The notes: generated from the letters alone by a model not told the origin. DNA of 64,000 nucleotides from Pedobacter sp. (GCA_050253415.1 JBFWJC010000004.1:224001-288000), one strand, 5' to 3'; positions 48,995 through 59,306 are shown, numbered from the stretch's first letter. Program-made: numbers and translations.

Positions 48995-49985
48995 CTGCCG
49001 GGCGAGGCGCCATCCCGCGGTCTGGATTTTGTTCGTTTGGTTTCTTAAACACTTCAACTTCTACACCGCCGGTCCCGGCCGGCAGCCGGCTTACTTTCTT
49101 TACCCGTCTATAGAAAGTAAGCAAAGAAAGGACGTAATGTCTGGCTTCGCCGTTATGTCTGTCGCGAAGGAGCTTGGCTCGACGCACCTTGCTGGGCAAA
49201 GACAAACGGCGCGTCTGCGTAGGGCTTCATTTGCCGGCGGAGGTGAGGCGCACAGCTCGCCGCGTCGCTGTTGCAGGCACCGGCGCTGCTAGTTTTTATA
49301 AACGCTTTTGCGATTATTTTCGCTTTCGCCTCTGCCGTTTATCCCCTGTGACGCAGCCGGAGTGGAGCGACCGGCGGGCGAAACAGGCGGAGGACTGAGC
49401 GTAGCGAATCTTCTCCGCCCGCCGGGCGGGGGCGCGGCCCCGCGATCTTGAAGTTGGTTTGGTTTTTCTTGAAACCTCAACCTCAACACCGCCGGTCCCG
49501 GCCGGCAGCCGGGATACTTTCTTTGCAAGGCCCCAAAGAAAGTATCCAAAGAAATGGTTTGGCTTCGCCGTTATGTCTATCGCGAAGGAGCTTGGCTCGA
49601 TGCGCCTTACCGGTAACGGATAAGCCATACGTCTTCGTAGGGCTTCATTTGCCGGCTGAAGAGAGGCGCGTAGCTCGCAGCACAGCCGTCGCCGGCACCG
49701 GCGCTGCTGCCTCGAGAAGACCACAAGCACGTTTTGCTTTAGATTTCAACCAACTGCTCCTTGACGCCCGTTCGCAAGAGACGAACCCTCTCGTAGCAAC
49801 CTCCCAACGGCCGACAAAAGGAGAGCCGAAAGAAACCTCCGACGCCATCCATCGAACGCCGGTCGTTAACCTCCGACCCCCGTCGCGCCATGCCCCCCGC
49901 AGGGGAGCCCTTTTTTGCTTACTTTTTGTGGGCTTGGACAAAAAGTCAGGCGCCGGGCGGGGGCGCGTCCCCGCGGTCTTAGTCT
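48995..49985. repeat. Second cluster of the ~500-bp structured repeat (2 variant units)
   Basis: Anchors at 49063 and 49486; the second has compensatory stem changes. Confidence 0.9.
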
Positions 49986-50049
49986 TAGCCTTGGATTTAC
50001 AAAAGATGCACAATAAATTCTGCGCCCAATCGCACCACATCCCGCAACC

Positions 50050-52212
50050 TTATCCGACCAGCATGGGCACATTCCCGCCAGTTTTCCCGGCGATCACATT
50101 GCCGTCACCGGCTTCGAGCTTGAAATTCCCCAACATGGCGTGCAGTTCGTCGGCCCAGCTGGCCAGTTGTTCGGCTGCCGCGGCGGCCTCGGTACTGCTG
50201 GAGGCATTCTGCTGGATGATGCGATCGATACAATCGGCCTCCTGGCTGATATGGCCGATGCGCTCTGCCTGGACATCGGAGGCCGATGCGATTTCATCGA
50301 CCAGTTCCTTGACCTGGGCCACGCCCTGCCCGATCTCCAGCAGCGCGCGGTCGGTGCCGGCCACCACTTCGGAGCCGAGCTGCACTTTTTGCAGGGTGTC
50401 CTGAATCATGCTGCCGGTCTCCCTGGCGGCCCGGGCGCTGCGCGCGGCCAGGTTGCGCACTTCTTCGGCGACCACGGCGAACCCCTTGCCGTGGCTGCCG
50501 GCGCGGGCTGCTTCGACCGAAGCGTTGAGGGCGAGCAGGTTGGTCTGGAAGGCGATTTCGTCGATCATCTTGATGACCCGGGCGATATCCTGGGTCGACT
50601 GCCGGATCTGTTCCATGGCGGTGACCATATCGTGCATCTGCTGCTGGCCGCTGCCGGCGGCCCGGGCAAGCAGGTCGGTCAAACCGGTGGAGCGCACCGC
50701 GCGCTCGGCATTTTCACGGGCCTGGCGGGCGGTTTCGCCAAGGTTGCCGGTGATATCCTCGAGGGAGGATGCCTGTTGATGGGTACCATGGGAAAGGTCC
50801 TGGCTGGCGCGGGCGATTTCAGCGGCACCGGCGGCGACCTGGTCGCCGGCCTGCCGCATGCGTTGGATCAGACGTCCCAGAGCCGTATTGGCTTTTTGCA
50901 ACGGCTGCCGGATAGGGCCATGGGCCTCAAAGGTGAAGTCGCCGACGGCAAGCCGGTCAAACGCCTCCATGACATCGTTGCGCATGTGGTCGGCAAAGGT
51001 ATCGAGGGCTTTGGCCATCTGCCCCAGCTCGTCCTGACGGGTCAAACCGAGGCGCCGGTCGAGGCGGCCTTTTTCCAGATCCAGAATCATATCCACGGTC
51101 TGATGCAGCGGACGGGTAATGCTGCGCGTGATGTTCCAGCCTGCCAGGGCGGATAACACCACGACCACCAGGGTTATAAGCAAATTGCCCCGCTGCATAT
51201 TGGCAAGCTTGCGGGAAACGCTCTGTTCGCGGGAAAGCAGCAAAGCGGCTGATTCGCCGATCGCCGAAGCGTTGGCGTTGGTCAGGTTCTCAAGCTGGCC
51301 CTGCAGTTGGTCAAGAGCGCTCAGGGCCTGCTCGGAGGACTGCTTGACCTGCTGGTTGAGCAACCCCACCACCTCGTGCTGTGCCTGCAGGATCTGCCCT
51401 TCCACGGCGAGCACCTGGTCCAGATCGACGGACATCGATTTGACGGTGCTCGGGAACTCGTCGCGATACAGGATCCGGGCCTGTTCCCAGTTGCTTTCCA
51501 TGGTCAGGCCGGCGAGCTTGTAGGAAGCATCCCACAGCCGGCTATTGCTCTCGGTGGCCTTGGCCAAGGCCTCGGTCAGCACCGGAAAATCGGCGGCAAA
51601 ACGCTTGTATACCGGGCCTGCGCGGAACTCCTCCAGAGGGGTATCGGTCAGCTCCTCATACAGCAGTTCACCGATGCTGCTTTTGATAAACAGCATGTTG
51701 GCGACCTTGAGGGTCCAGTACAGCTGGGTGCGCTTGATTTCATCAAGGGCTTCGGCCAATCCTTCATGACGCGGCCGCCAGGTGCTGCGAATCTGCTCGT
51801 CGACGGTGCGCAGGGCTTCATCCGCCTGCTGCAGGGACTCCACCGCCGCCTGCGCCTCGGGCAGGGATTTGACCATTTCGGACAGTATGTCGCCGGCCAC
51901 CAGTTGCGACAGGGCATCGGATTGGTCCGCGGAAAACAACTCGGCCCGGGCCGCGTTATTAAGCACCGCGTCACGCAGTCCGTTCAGGTGTGCCACGAGG
52001 TCCGCCCGCGTCTCTTTGAGCTGCGCCGCCCAGATCTCCTGCGCGGTGGGTTCGACCTTGACCAGGGACGACGCACGCAAAGCGTCGCCGAGCTCCTTGT
52101 TGGCCAGACTCAGATCCCGCGTCCCCCACCAGGTCATGGCAAACATCATCCCGACCAGCACGAGTACGGCAGCGAATCCGCATCCCAGACGTTTTCCAAT
52201 GGTTAACTGCAT
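50050..52212 (-). CDS. Methyl-accepting chemotaxis protein
   Basis: Two TM helices, HAMP, IAFQTNLLALNASVEAARAG.HGKGFAVVAEEVR. Confidence 0.95.
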   Translation of the reverse strand: MQLTIGKRLGCGFAAVLVLVGMMFAMTWWGTRDLSLANKELGDALRASSLVKVEPTAQEIWAAQLKETRADLVAHLNGLRDAVLNNAARAELFSADQSDALSQLVAGDILSEMVKSLPEAQAAVESLQQADEALRTVDEQIRSTWRPRHEGLAEALDEIKRTQLYWTLKVANMLFIKSSIGELLYEELTDTPLEEFRAGPVYKRFAADFPVLTEALAKATESNSRLWDASYKLAGLTMESNWEQARILYRDEFPSTVKSMSVDLDQVLAVEGQILQAQHEVVGLLNQQVKQSSEQALSALDQLQGQLENLTNANASAIGESAALLLSREQSVSRKLANMQRGNLLITLVVVVLSALAGWNITRSITRPLHQTVDMILDLEKGRLDRRLGLTRQDELGQMAKALDTFADHMRNDVMEAFDRLAVGDFTFEAHGPIRQPLQKANTALGRLIQRMRQAGDQVAAGAAEIARASQDLSHGTHQQASSLEDITGNLGETARQARENAERAVRSTGLTDLLARAAGSGQQQMHDMVTAMEQIRQSTQDIARVIKMIDEIAFQTNLLALNASVEAARAGSHGKGFAVVAEEVRNLAARSARAARETGSMIQDTLQKVQLGSEVVAGTDRALLEIGQGVAQVKELVDEIASASDVQAERIGHISQEADCIDRIIQQNASSSTEAAAAAEQLASWADELHAMLGNFKLEAGDGNVIAGKTGGNVPMLVG

Positions 52213-52297
52213 TTGCGTTCCCTCCTGCTACATAAATTAACGAAAAGGTGCGCTCGCCATCCCTATGCGGCTCAGCGACACCATGCATATCAAGTCA

Positions 52298-52867
52298 TCA
52301 GATAAACAGAAAATCACAGCCCCAGGCGATGCCACGCCCCAGCAAGGTACCGAGCAGCCCGCCGACCAGGACATCGGTCGGGTAATGGGCACCCAGGTAA
52401 ACCCGGGACAGACCGATCAGCACGGCCGAGGTCAACAACAGCGGCACCAGCGTCGGAACCAGACTCCCCAGGCTGCCGTACATGGCAAAGGCGGTCAGCG
52501 TATGCCCCGAGGGGAAAGAAAAACGATCCGGCGGCGGCAGCAGGCAGGACAGGTCCGACCAGCGTTCAAAGGGGCGCGGCCGACGGATCAGATGTTTAAG
52601 GAGGCTGAACAGTCCCACGGCCGCCATGGCCGCCAGCGCCGCTGCGGCTACCGCCAAACGCTCCGGCGTCCCGCCCAGTAGCAACAGGGTAATCCCGACA
52701 GCCCCCCAGAGCGGACCGTCGCCAAGTCGGCTGACGAACTTGAAGCTTGCCGTCAACCACGGGTAGTCCCGTAACCAACCCAGGCGGCGCATCAGCCCGG
52801 CTTCCACGGGTGTGACATAGTGGGCGTAACCGGCGGAAAATCTCTTTTGGACGTAGGAATCGGACAT
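52298..52867 (-). CDS. PAP2 family lipid phosphatase
   Basis: KHLIRRPRP, SFPSGH, SRVYLGAHYPTD. Confidence 0.92.
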   Translation of the reverse strand: MSDSYVQKRFSAGYAHYVTPVEAGLMRRLGWLRDYPWLTASFKFVSRLGDGPLWGAVGITLLLLGGTPERLAVAAAALAAMAAVGLFSLLKHLIRRPRPFERWSDLSCLLPPPDRFSFPSGHTLTAFAMYGSLGSLVPTLVPLLLTSAVLIGLSRVYLGAHYPTDVLVGGLLGTLLGRGIAWGCDFLFI

Positions 52868-52930
52868 GACCCCTCCTGTCTGGCAAAAGGTGAAACGCCA
52901 ACAATCCAGTAATTCCGGCGTTGTAAGAAA

Positions 52931-52983
52931 AGGATATTCCGCTGAGATTTAATAGCTGTTAGCAACTTGCTAGAGTTGTGTTG
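52931..52983 (-). promoter_or_regulatory. 11-bp-period repeats plus -10 box (Pho-box-like)
   Basis: Plus strand ATTT(52947), GTTA(52958), GCTA(52969), GTTG(52980); -10 TATCCT at 52936-52931. Confidence 0.5.
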
Positions 52984-53052
52984 CGGGGAGGGAGAATTAA
53001 GGAGAGACGACTTCAGACTGGTTGCCAGCCACTACCGAAAAGAATAAAGCAT

Positions 53053-53160
53053 CTCACGCTCGTTCGCTTTGCTCACTCAAGCCGCAAAGACGCAAAGCAG
53101 GACAAAACCGCTTTTCTTGGATCCGTTGCGTCTTGAGCGACTGAAAGGAGCGAGCGTGAG
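53053..53160. repeat. REP-like long hairpin
   Basis: CTCACGCTCG...CGAGCGTGAG ends with inner CTCAAG.CGCAA / TTGCGTCTTGAG pairing. Confidence 0.7.
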
Positions 53161-53183
53161 AATGGGTTTGCTTTTGTTCTGGA

Positions 53184-54983
53184 TCAAGATTGTGCAAAGG
53201 AGCCATTGGCAGCCATGCCGGGGGTTTCCAGTTCAGACAAAGCACACTGGCGCCGATCGATGAACAGATGGCTGCCGGCAACCTTTTTGGCCTGCTGTTT
53301 CATTTCCACCGCTGCGGTGGAAATCGCGTGGCAAGAGCTAAACGCTCCCCCAACGGCATAAACCGCGCCGATAGACAGACTGACCAGGGGAAAAAACTTG
53401 TGACTGCCATCGCGAGCTTGACTTCGAATCCCCCCCTGTTGCAAATCGCAGGGGTCATAAAGAGCCTTGATCTCCTCATCAAACCGGCGCAACACCTGGT
53501 CACAACGTCGCTGCCAATCGTCGGTACACAACACCGCCAGAAAATCATCGCCGCCGATATGCCCGATAAAATCCAGGCGGCTGTCGGCTTCTTCCTGCAG
53601 CAGGCGAGCGAGCAGGCAAATGACCTGATCGCCGCGACGGTATCCGTAGGTATCGTTGAACGGTTTGAAATGATCGAGGTCGCAATAACAGGCGGCGAAC
53701 GGGGTAGCATCCGCCAGGAGTTTATCCAGGTGTTCGTTGATAAGCACATTGCCCGGCAGCAAAGTCAGGGGGTTGGCATGGCGGGCATGACTGATTTGCA
53801 GATCGGTGATTTCCCGCAACAGGGACAAAAGGGTGCCGGTACCGACATATCTGCCGCTTTCCGTGATGATGAAATCATCCAGGCAGGTAAACTCGCGCGA
53901 GCTGGTAATCTGCTGACTGAGTTGTTCAAGGGGCTGATCTTTTTCGATAATCAGCGGCTGGGCATCCATGAATTTTGCGACCGCCATACGCCCGTAAAGA
54001 TCGCGACCGTAGCGGCTGCCGAGCATGTTCATGAATTGATGGCGCGAAACCAGGCCGACCGGGACATCCCCGTCACCGACCACGGGCAAGGCCTGCACTG
54101 AAGGCAGATCGACAAACATGTCGGCCACTTCATGGACCTGCACTCCGGGCGAAACCGATGGCACCCTGCGAATCAGGCAACTGACATTGCGCATTTTACC
54201 GCTGACCATCGGGCGGTCTTTGCCCATGCCCAAAGCGATCAACCCGACTTTATCCCCGGACAGATCGGGGTGCGAGGACGGCCTGGCGAAGAAATAACCC
54301 TGCCCGAAAGTGACGCCCAATTTGGACACGGCACGGAATTCCGCTTCGGTTTCGATCCCCTCGGCAATCGTCTGGCAACCAAGTTCCTTGGAGATTTCCT
54401 GCATGGAGCGGATAAATTGTCCCTTGGTCGGGTCGGAGTCGATGTTCTGGATGAAATGACGGTCGAATTTAACGAAATCGGGGCGCAACTCCGACCACAG
54501 ACGCAAACCGGCATACCCCGCCCCCAGATCGTCGATGGCCACGGCGAACCCCATGCTGCGATAATGGGCGATGGCGCGCCGCACCAGCTCAAAATCTTCA
54601 ATAGGATAATGTTCGGTCAGTTCGATAACGACCTGGTCCGGCGTAAGCCCCAAATCACGCAAAACCCGACGGGTCATGCCGGAACAGAAATCGGCCTGCA
54701 TCAAGGTCTCCGGACAGACGTTGAGAAACAGCTTGCCCGGCAGCTTGCGGGCAGAAAAATTGGCGATGTGCACTTCGCGACAGAGCCGGTCAAGTTCACC
54801 AAGCCGCCCTGCACGGTCCGCAACGGAAAGCAAGGTGGTCGGCGCATGCAGAGGGCTGTCCGATGGACCGCGCATCAGCGCCTCATAGCCGATGACCACG
54901 CCCGCCTTCAGATCGATGATGGGCTGAAAAAGAGAAGTCAGGCGACGGTTATCGAGAATATCCTTCAGAATTTCGGCCAACAT
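53184..54983 (-). CDS. EAL-CBS-GGDEF c-di-GMP enzyme
   Basis: YEALMR, IELTE, DDLGAGY, AEGIE; CBS-like middle; GHIGGDDF. Confidence 0.9.
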   Translation of the reverse strand: MLAEILKDILDNRRLTSLFQPIIDLKAGVVIGYEALMRGPSDSPLHAPTTLLSVADRAGRLGELDRLCREVHIANFSARKLPGKLFLNVCPETLMQADFCSGMTRRVLRDLGLTPDQVVIELTEHYPIEDFELVRRAIAHYRSMGFAVAIDDLGAGYAGLRLWSELRPDFVKFDRHFIQNIDSDPTKGQFIRSMQEISKELGCQTIAEGIETEAEFRAVSKLGVTFGQGYFFARPSSHPDLSGDKVGLIALGMGKDRPMVSGKMRNVSCLIRRVPSVSPGVQVHEVADMFVDLPSVQALPVVGDGDVPVGLVSRHQFMNMLGSRYGRDLYGRMAVAKFMDAQPLIIEKDQPLEQLSQQITSSREFTCLDDFIITESGRYVGTGTLLSLLREITDLQISHARHANPLTLLPGNVLINEHLDKLLADATPFAACYCDLDHFKPFNDTYGYRRGDQVICLLARLLQEEADSRLDFIGHIGGDDFLAVLCTDDWQRRCDQVLRRFDEEIKALYDPCDLQQGGIRSQARDGSHKFFPLVSLSIGAVYAVGGAFSSCHAISTAAVEMKQQAKKVAGSHLFIDRRQCALSELETPGMAANGSFAQS

Positions 54984-56184
54984 AATGGGATCGACCTCTT
55001 CCACATCGAACACCGGGGGCAACAACTTGATACTGCTCACGAACTTGCTCCAGAATATGATCCCAGCACTGCGTTTTGGCATACATACGGGCCGCCTGGC
55101 CCATACACTGACGCTGTTGTGCCATGATGGTTAGATGGGCCATGGCCCTTGCCAGGGCTCCGATGGTCCGCTCCTGGATAATCAGGCCGGTTTCCCCGTG
55201 GCGCACGATGTCCCGAGGGCCGGCGACATCAAAACCGATCACCGGCAACCCCGACGCCATGGCTTCCAGCATGACGTTGCCGAAGGTATCGGTCAGCGAG
55301 GGAAAAACGAACAAGTCGCCGGCAGCGTAGCTTTGCGCCAGGTCTTCGCCCCGCCGATACCCGGCAAACACCACCCCCTCTATAGCGGCCGCCTGCAAAG
55401 AGGCGCGCAGAGGTCCGTCTCCGATCAGCAACAGCCGGTCCGGCCCATCGGCGGGCCGGTTTTGCCAGGCATCCATAAGCAGGGGCAGGTTTTTTTCCGC
55501 CGCCAGCCGGCCGGCATAGACCGCCACCACTTCGTGATCGCCAATGCCCAGTTCACGGCGTACCGCGAGGTTGCGCCTGGCCGGATCGAACAGCCGGGTA
55601 TCGACTCCCCTGCCCCAGACCTTGACATGTTCAAAACCGCGCTGCACAAGCAAGTCACGGGTGGTCGACGTCGGGCACAAGGTGGCACGGGTAGCGTTAT
55701 GGAACCAGCGCAGATAACGCCAGGCCACCGGTTCCAGCCTGCCGAGCTTGTAAGCGGAAAGGTATTGGGGAAAGTTGGTGTGATAGGAACTCACAACCGG
55801 CAAACCGAGTTGCCGGCAGGCGCGCAGTGCCGACCAGCCCAGCGGGCCTTCGGTGGCAATGTGCACCACATCCGGTGAAAAGTTTCGCAGTTCACGCCGC
55901 AGATGGCGCGGTGCGACCATCGGGAGTTGTATCTCCCGGTAAAACGGCAACTGCCAACCGCGCCAGGAGTGGCGGATCAGGCCAGAGATAGCCTCACATT
56001 CCTCCTCGTATTCCGGCACCATAAGCTGGACCTGATCGCCCTGGCGCAGGCAATGCTCGACCAGCCGCCCCAGAGTGCGTGACACCCCGTTGATCTGCGG
56101 CATGTAGGTTTCGGTTACCAGGGTTATACGCAGTGGCATGACGGTTTCCAGAGAAGGGGGTGGAACGGACGAATTCGGGCGCAT
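54949..56184 (-). CDS. GT4 glycosyltransferase (putative glycolipid synthase)
   Basis: ETYMPQINGV, HIATEGPLG, YHTNF, GRGVD, DTFGNVMLEAMASG; alternative start 56139. Confidence 0.88.
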   Translation of the reverse strand: MRPNSSVPPPSLETVMPLRITLVTETYMPQINGVSRTLGRLVEHCLRQGDQVQLMVPEYEEECEAISGLIRHSWRGWQLPFYREIQLPMVAPRHLRRELRNFSPDVVHIATEGPLGWSALRACRQLGLPVVSSYHTNFPQYLSAYKLGRLEPVAWRYLRWFHNATRATLCPTSTTRDLLVQRGFEHVKVWGRGVDTRLFDPARRNLAVRRELGIGDHEVVAVYAGRLAAEKNLPLLMDAWQNRPADGPDRLLLIGDGPLRASLQAAAIEGVVFAGYRRGEDLAQSYAAGDLFVFPSLTDTFGNVMLEAMASGLPVIGFDVAGPRDIVRHGETGLIIQERTIGALARAMAHLTIMAQQRQCMGQAARMYAKTQCWDHILEQVREQYQVVAPGVRCGRGRSHYVGRNSEGYSR

Positions 56185-56186
56185 GC

Positions 56187-56303
56187 CTATTTATCCGGAT
56201 ACAACTGCTGCAAACGGCGGGCGGTTCGGATCGCCGAACGGTAGTTGAAAGCCCCGAGCAACCCCAGTCCGACCAGAAACAACAGCCCATATAGAAAAGC
56301 CAT
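56187..56303 (-). CDS. 38-aa single-TM small protein
   Basis: GGAGG RBS; MAFLYGLLFLVGLGLLGAFNYRSAIRTARRLQQLYPDK*; stop 2 nt before the GT4 ATG. Confidence 0.65.
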   Translation of the reverse strand: MAFLYGLLFLVGLGLLGAFNYRSAIRTARRLQQLYPDK

Positions 56304-56455
56304 GAAACCTCCTTTTTGGCGCACTCGCAGCAGCACCCGCTGTCAGGTTGCGCCGCCCGGGACAGGAGTGGGTTGGAATGGCATGCGATTGCGATGACAT
56401 ACGCGCACCGCCCTCCGGGACCCATCCCGGCCAAGGTGCGTCTGCGACTCACGCA

Positions 56456-56695
56456 TCAACACCAGTCGGCATCCACCACGGACCCGAAACCTGTGCTCTC
56501 GTCGCGCGTACGGTTGAGATGCATGCGCCTTTGCAGGGACGCGCATTGCCGCTCAAGCCGCCGCACCTTGCGATGCAGCCTTTGCAGGCGCCCTTCGCTG
56601 CGCCGGGATTGCCAAAGCCGAGCGAGATTACGCCATGCGTCATCCAGCCAGAGCCTCACATTCAGTATCGCCACCATGGAAATAAGATTCATCAT
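56456..56695 (-). CDS. Small coiled-coil protein
   Basis: ATGA overlap with the acyltransferase stop. Confidence 0.5.
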   Translation of the reverse strand: MMNLISMVAILNVRLWLDDAWRNLARLWQSRRSEGRLQRLHRKVRRLERQCASLQRRMHLNRTRDESTGFGSVVDADWC

Positions 56696-58515
56696 GCGCA
56701 CAGAACCTCCCGGCGGCCGCTGAGCAACCGCTGATAGGTGAAGAAAGCCGCGGCCCCTTCACGTCCCATGTAACGCTGGATGGTTTTCTGGTCGGTCTGC
56801 AGCAGATCGATCAGGATCAACCCGTCCAGCACATCGCTGAACTGCGGATCGAGGTTGAAAGTCAGCAGCTTGCCACCAAGATTAAGATAATGTCGCAGCA
56901 GCACCGGGATCCCCTTCTGTTGCACCTCGATATCGGCCACCAGGGGAGCCACCTGTTCCATGTTGCTGCAAAAGCTTCGGGCCATCTCCCCGCTGCAACC
57001 GCGAATGCGCGCCTTGGCGTGAAACGGCACGCGCGGTTTTACCAGCCGCGACAATTGCGGCAAGGGCATTTCGGCATGCAGGGTGCCGGCTATCAGCTTA
57101 CGGGACAGGTCGCAATAATCGCGGGTAATGCTGACCGGGCCGAACAGCACCCGGTAGCGGGGATTTTTAACCACGAAGCGACCGATCCCCTTCCACAGCA
57201 GCAACAGGGGGGAATAGCTTTTCTGGTATTCGGGCCGTACGAAAGAGCGCCCCAACTCCAGCGCCGGGCCGATGGCGTCGAACATGCGGCGGCGGTATTT
57301 GAACAGGGTATGGGTATACAGCCCCTGTTTGCCGAAACGCTCCAGCAGCGTGTCGCAGCAACCGACACGATAAGCGCCGACCAGCTCATGCCGCTCGCTA
57401 TGCCACAGGAACAGGTGCAGGTAATTCTGATCGAAACGATCCAGGTCAAAGGATCGGCCGGTACCCTCCCCCACCGCTCTGAAGGTGACTTCACGCAGTC
57501 GCCCGATCTCCAGCAACAGGTACGGGATCTGGCTGGCTTCGGCCTGCCACACCTGCAGGGCTCCGCTGTGCACCAGCAATTGGCTTTGCGGCAATCGGGA
57601 CACCTCTTCGGCCAGCAGATCCGCATCCTGAGGCGAAATAATATCTTGCGCAACCTCGCCACCGGAGGCAGCGGAAGACCCTGACGGGGTCACAGCTTCA
57701 CCCAGCAGGTAGGTACGCAAACGCAGATAATCGATGCGTTCGCGGTCATCGGCACACTCGGACAACCGCGACCAGGGCACCGGCCGGCCGCCACGCAACC
57801 GGATCGTACCGCCCTGCTGACGCAACAGCATGCGACCCAGCAACAGGGTGCGCAGGCGTGGATGGACCAATCCGGCCGCCTGGAACAGCATCCCGTTGCG
57901 GCCAGGGATATAAACCGGGATCACGGGTGCCTGGCAGTGGCGGATCAATGCCCCCACCGACGCCTGCCAGGGCGAATCGGCCACTTCGCGGCGACGCAGT
58001 TGCAAGTGCGACACTTCGCCCGCCGGAAAGGTCAGCAACAACCCGCCTTCCCGCACATGGCGGATGGCCTGACGCAATGGTCCGATGTTGACGCGCGCCC
58101 CCTGCGTACCAGTCAGGATATCGACCCCGATGAGGGCCTCGCGCAAAGGCGGCAGACGCTGCAGCAAACTGTTGGCCAGGACTTTGACATCCGGACGAAT
58201 GCGCCGCAGCGCCTCGATCATGACCAGCCCCTCGATGGCACCAAACGGATGGTTGGCCACCACGATAGCCGCCCCCTGGCGAGGAATATGATTCAGGCCC
58301 TCGCCCTCCAGGGCACACGTCACGTTCATACGCTCAAGCACCGCCCGACAAAAATCGTCGGCGGAGTTTGTGGCCGGTAACTGCCGATAGATATCCCGGC
58401 ATTGACGCACCCCGAGAAGTTTTTCCAAAGGATCGGCCACCAGGGTTCTGAATAAACGGTTATGCGCAAGGGGCCAGGGAATATCGAAAGGATCGGACGT
58501 AATGTGGTCGCTCAT
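56692..58515 (-). CDS. Bifunctional PlsC-type acyltransferase + GNAT N-acyltransferase (OlsF-like amino-lipid synthase)
   Basis: NHPFGAIEG, FPAGEV; EIGRLREVTFR..GEG..DLDRFD, LELGRSFV. Confidence 0.85.
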   Translation of the reverse strand: MSDHITSDPFDIPWPLAHNRLFRTLVADPLEKLLGVRQCRDIYRQLPATNSADDFCRAVLERMNVTCALEGEGLNHIPRQGAAIVVANHPFGAIEGLVMIEALRRIRPDVKVLANSLLQRLPPLREALIGVDILTGTQGARVNIGPLRQAIRHVREGGLLLTFPAGEVSHLQLRRREVADSPWQASVGALIRHCQAPVIPVYIPGRNGMLFQAAGLVHPRLRTLLLGRMLLRQQGGTIRLRGGRPVPWSRLSECADDRERIDYLRLRTYLLGEAVTPSGSSAASGGEVAQDIISPQDADLLAEEVSRLPQSQLLVHSGALQVWQAEASQIPYLLLEIGRLREVTFRAVGEGTGRSFDLDRFDQNYLHLFLWHSERHELVGAYRVGCCDTLLERFGKQGLYTHTLFKYRRRMFDAIGPALELGRSFVRPEYQKSYSPLLLLWKGIGRFVVKNPRYRVLFGPVSITRDYCDLSRKLIAGTLHAEMPLPQLSRLVKPRVPFHAKARIRGCSGEMARSFCSNMEQVAPLVADIEVQQKGIPVLLRHYLNLGGKLLTFNLDPQFSDVLDGLILIDLLQTDQKTIQRYMGREGAAAFFTYQRLLSGRREVLCA

Positions 58516-58553
58516 AGCGCTTGCCTCCAGTGATGCGGTATCGGAACAAGCGA

Positions 58554-58595
58554 AGGCTAGCGCAGCAAAATTAGGGAAAGGTTATAAATGAGTTA
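58554..58595 (-). promoter_or_regulatory. 11-bp-period direct repeats plus -10 box (Pho-box-like)
   Basis: Plus strand ATTA(58570), GTTA(58581), GTTA(58592); -10 TAGCCT at 58559-58554. Confidence 0.6.
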
Positions 58596-58664
58596 ATTTC
58601 AGGTAGGGATGGGGGATCAGCGAAGTTGATGTTAAGGTTTTTAAGAAACCAAACGAGCACCATC

Positions 58665-59160
58665 TAGACCGCGGGGTCGCGCCCCCGCCCGGCGCCTTAC
58701 TCTTTTAAAGCGCGTCAAAAGAGTAAGCAGAAAAGCGCGCCCCTTTCCTTGCCCGCCTGCGGCGGATACCCTGCATTTCGCAACCGCCGGGCGGACGGAG
58801 AAGATTCGCTGCGCTCAGTCCTCCGCCTTTTTCGCCCGCCAGCCGCTCCACTCCGGCTGCGTCACAGGGGATAAACGGCAGAGGCAAAAGCAAAATTAAA
58901 CGCAAAAGCGTTTATAAAACTAGCAGCACCGGTGCCTGCAACAGCTACGCGGCGAGTTGCGCGCCCCACCTCCGCCGACAAATGAAGCCCTACGCAGTCG
59001 CACCGATTGTTCTTTCTCGGCAAGGTGCGTCAAGCCAAGCCCCTTCGCGCCAGACATAACGGCGAAGCCAGACCCTGCGTCCTTTCTTTGCTTATTTTCT
59101 ATAGACGGGTAAAGAAAGTAAGCCGGCTGCCGGCCGGGACCGGCGAACTTGATGTTAAGG
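58665..59160 (-). repeat. One inverted unit of the ~500-bp structured repeat
   Basis: Reverse complement of the 42.6-kb unit with all four modules. Confidence 0.92.
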
Positions 59161-59306
59161 TTTCAGCTTTCAAATCTTCCAAACTATCAACTAAATAATT
59201 CGTTTTCCGCCAACAAGCCTCACCTGATAGAATAGTTTTCAAGAGTAAAACGACAAGCCCGATAATCTCCTGGCTTCCTCAGATATTTACCGAAAGGAAC
59301 CACCCC

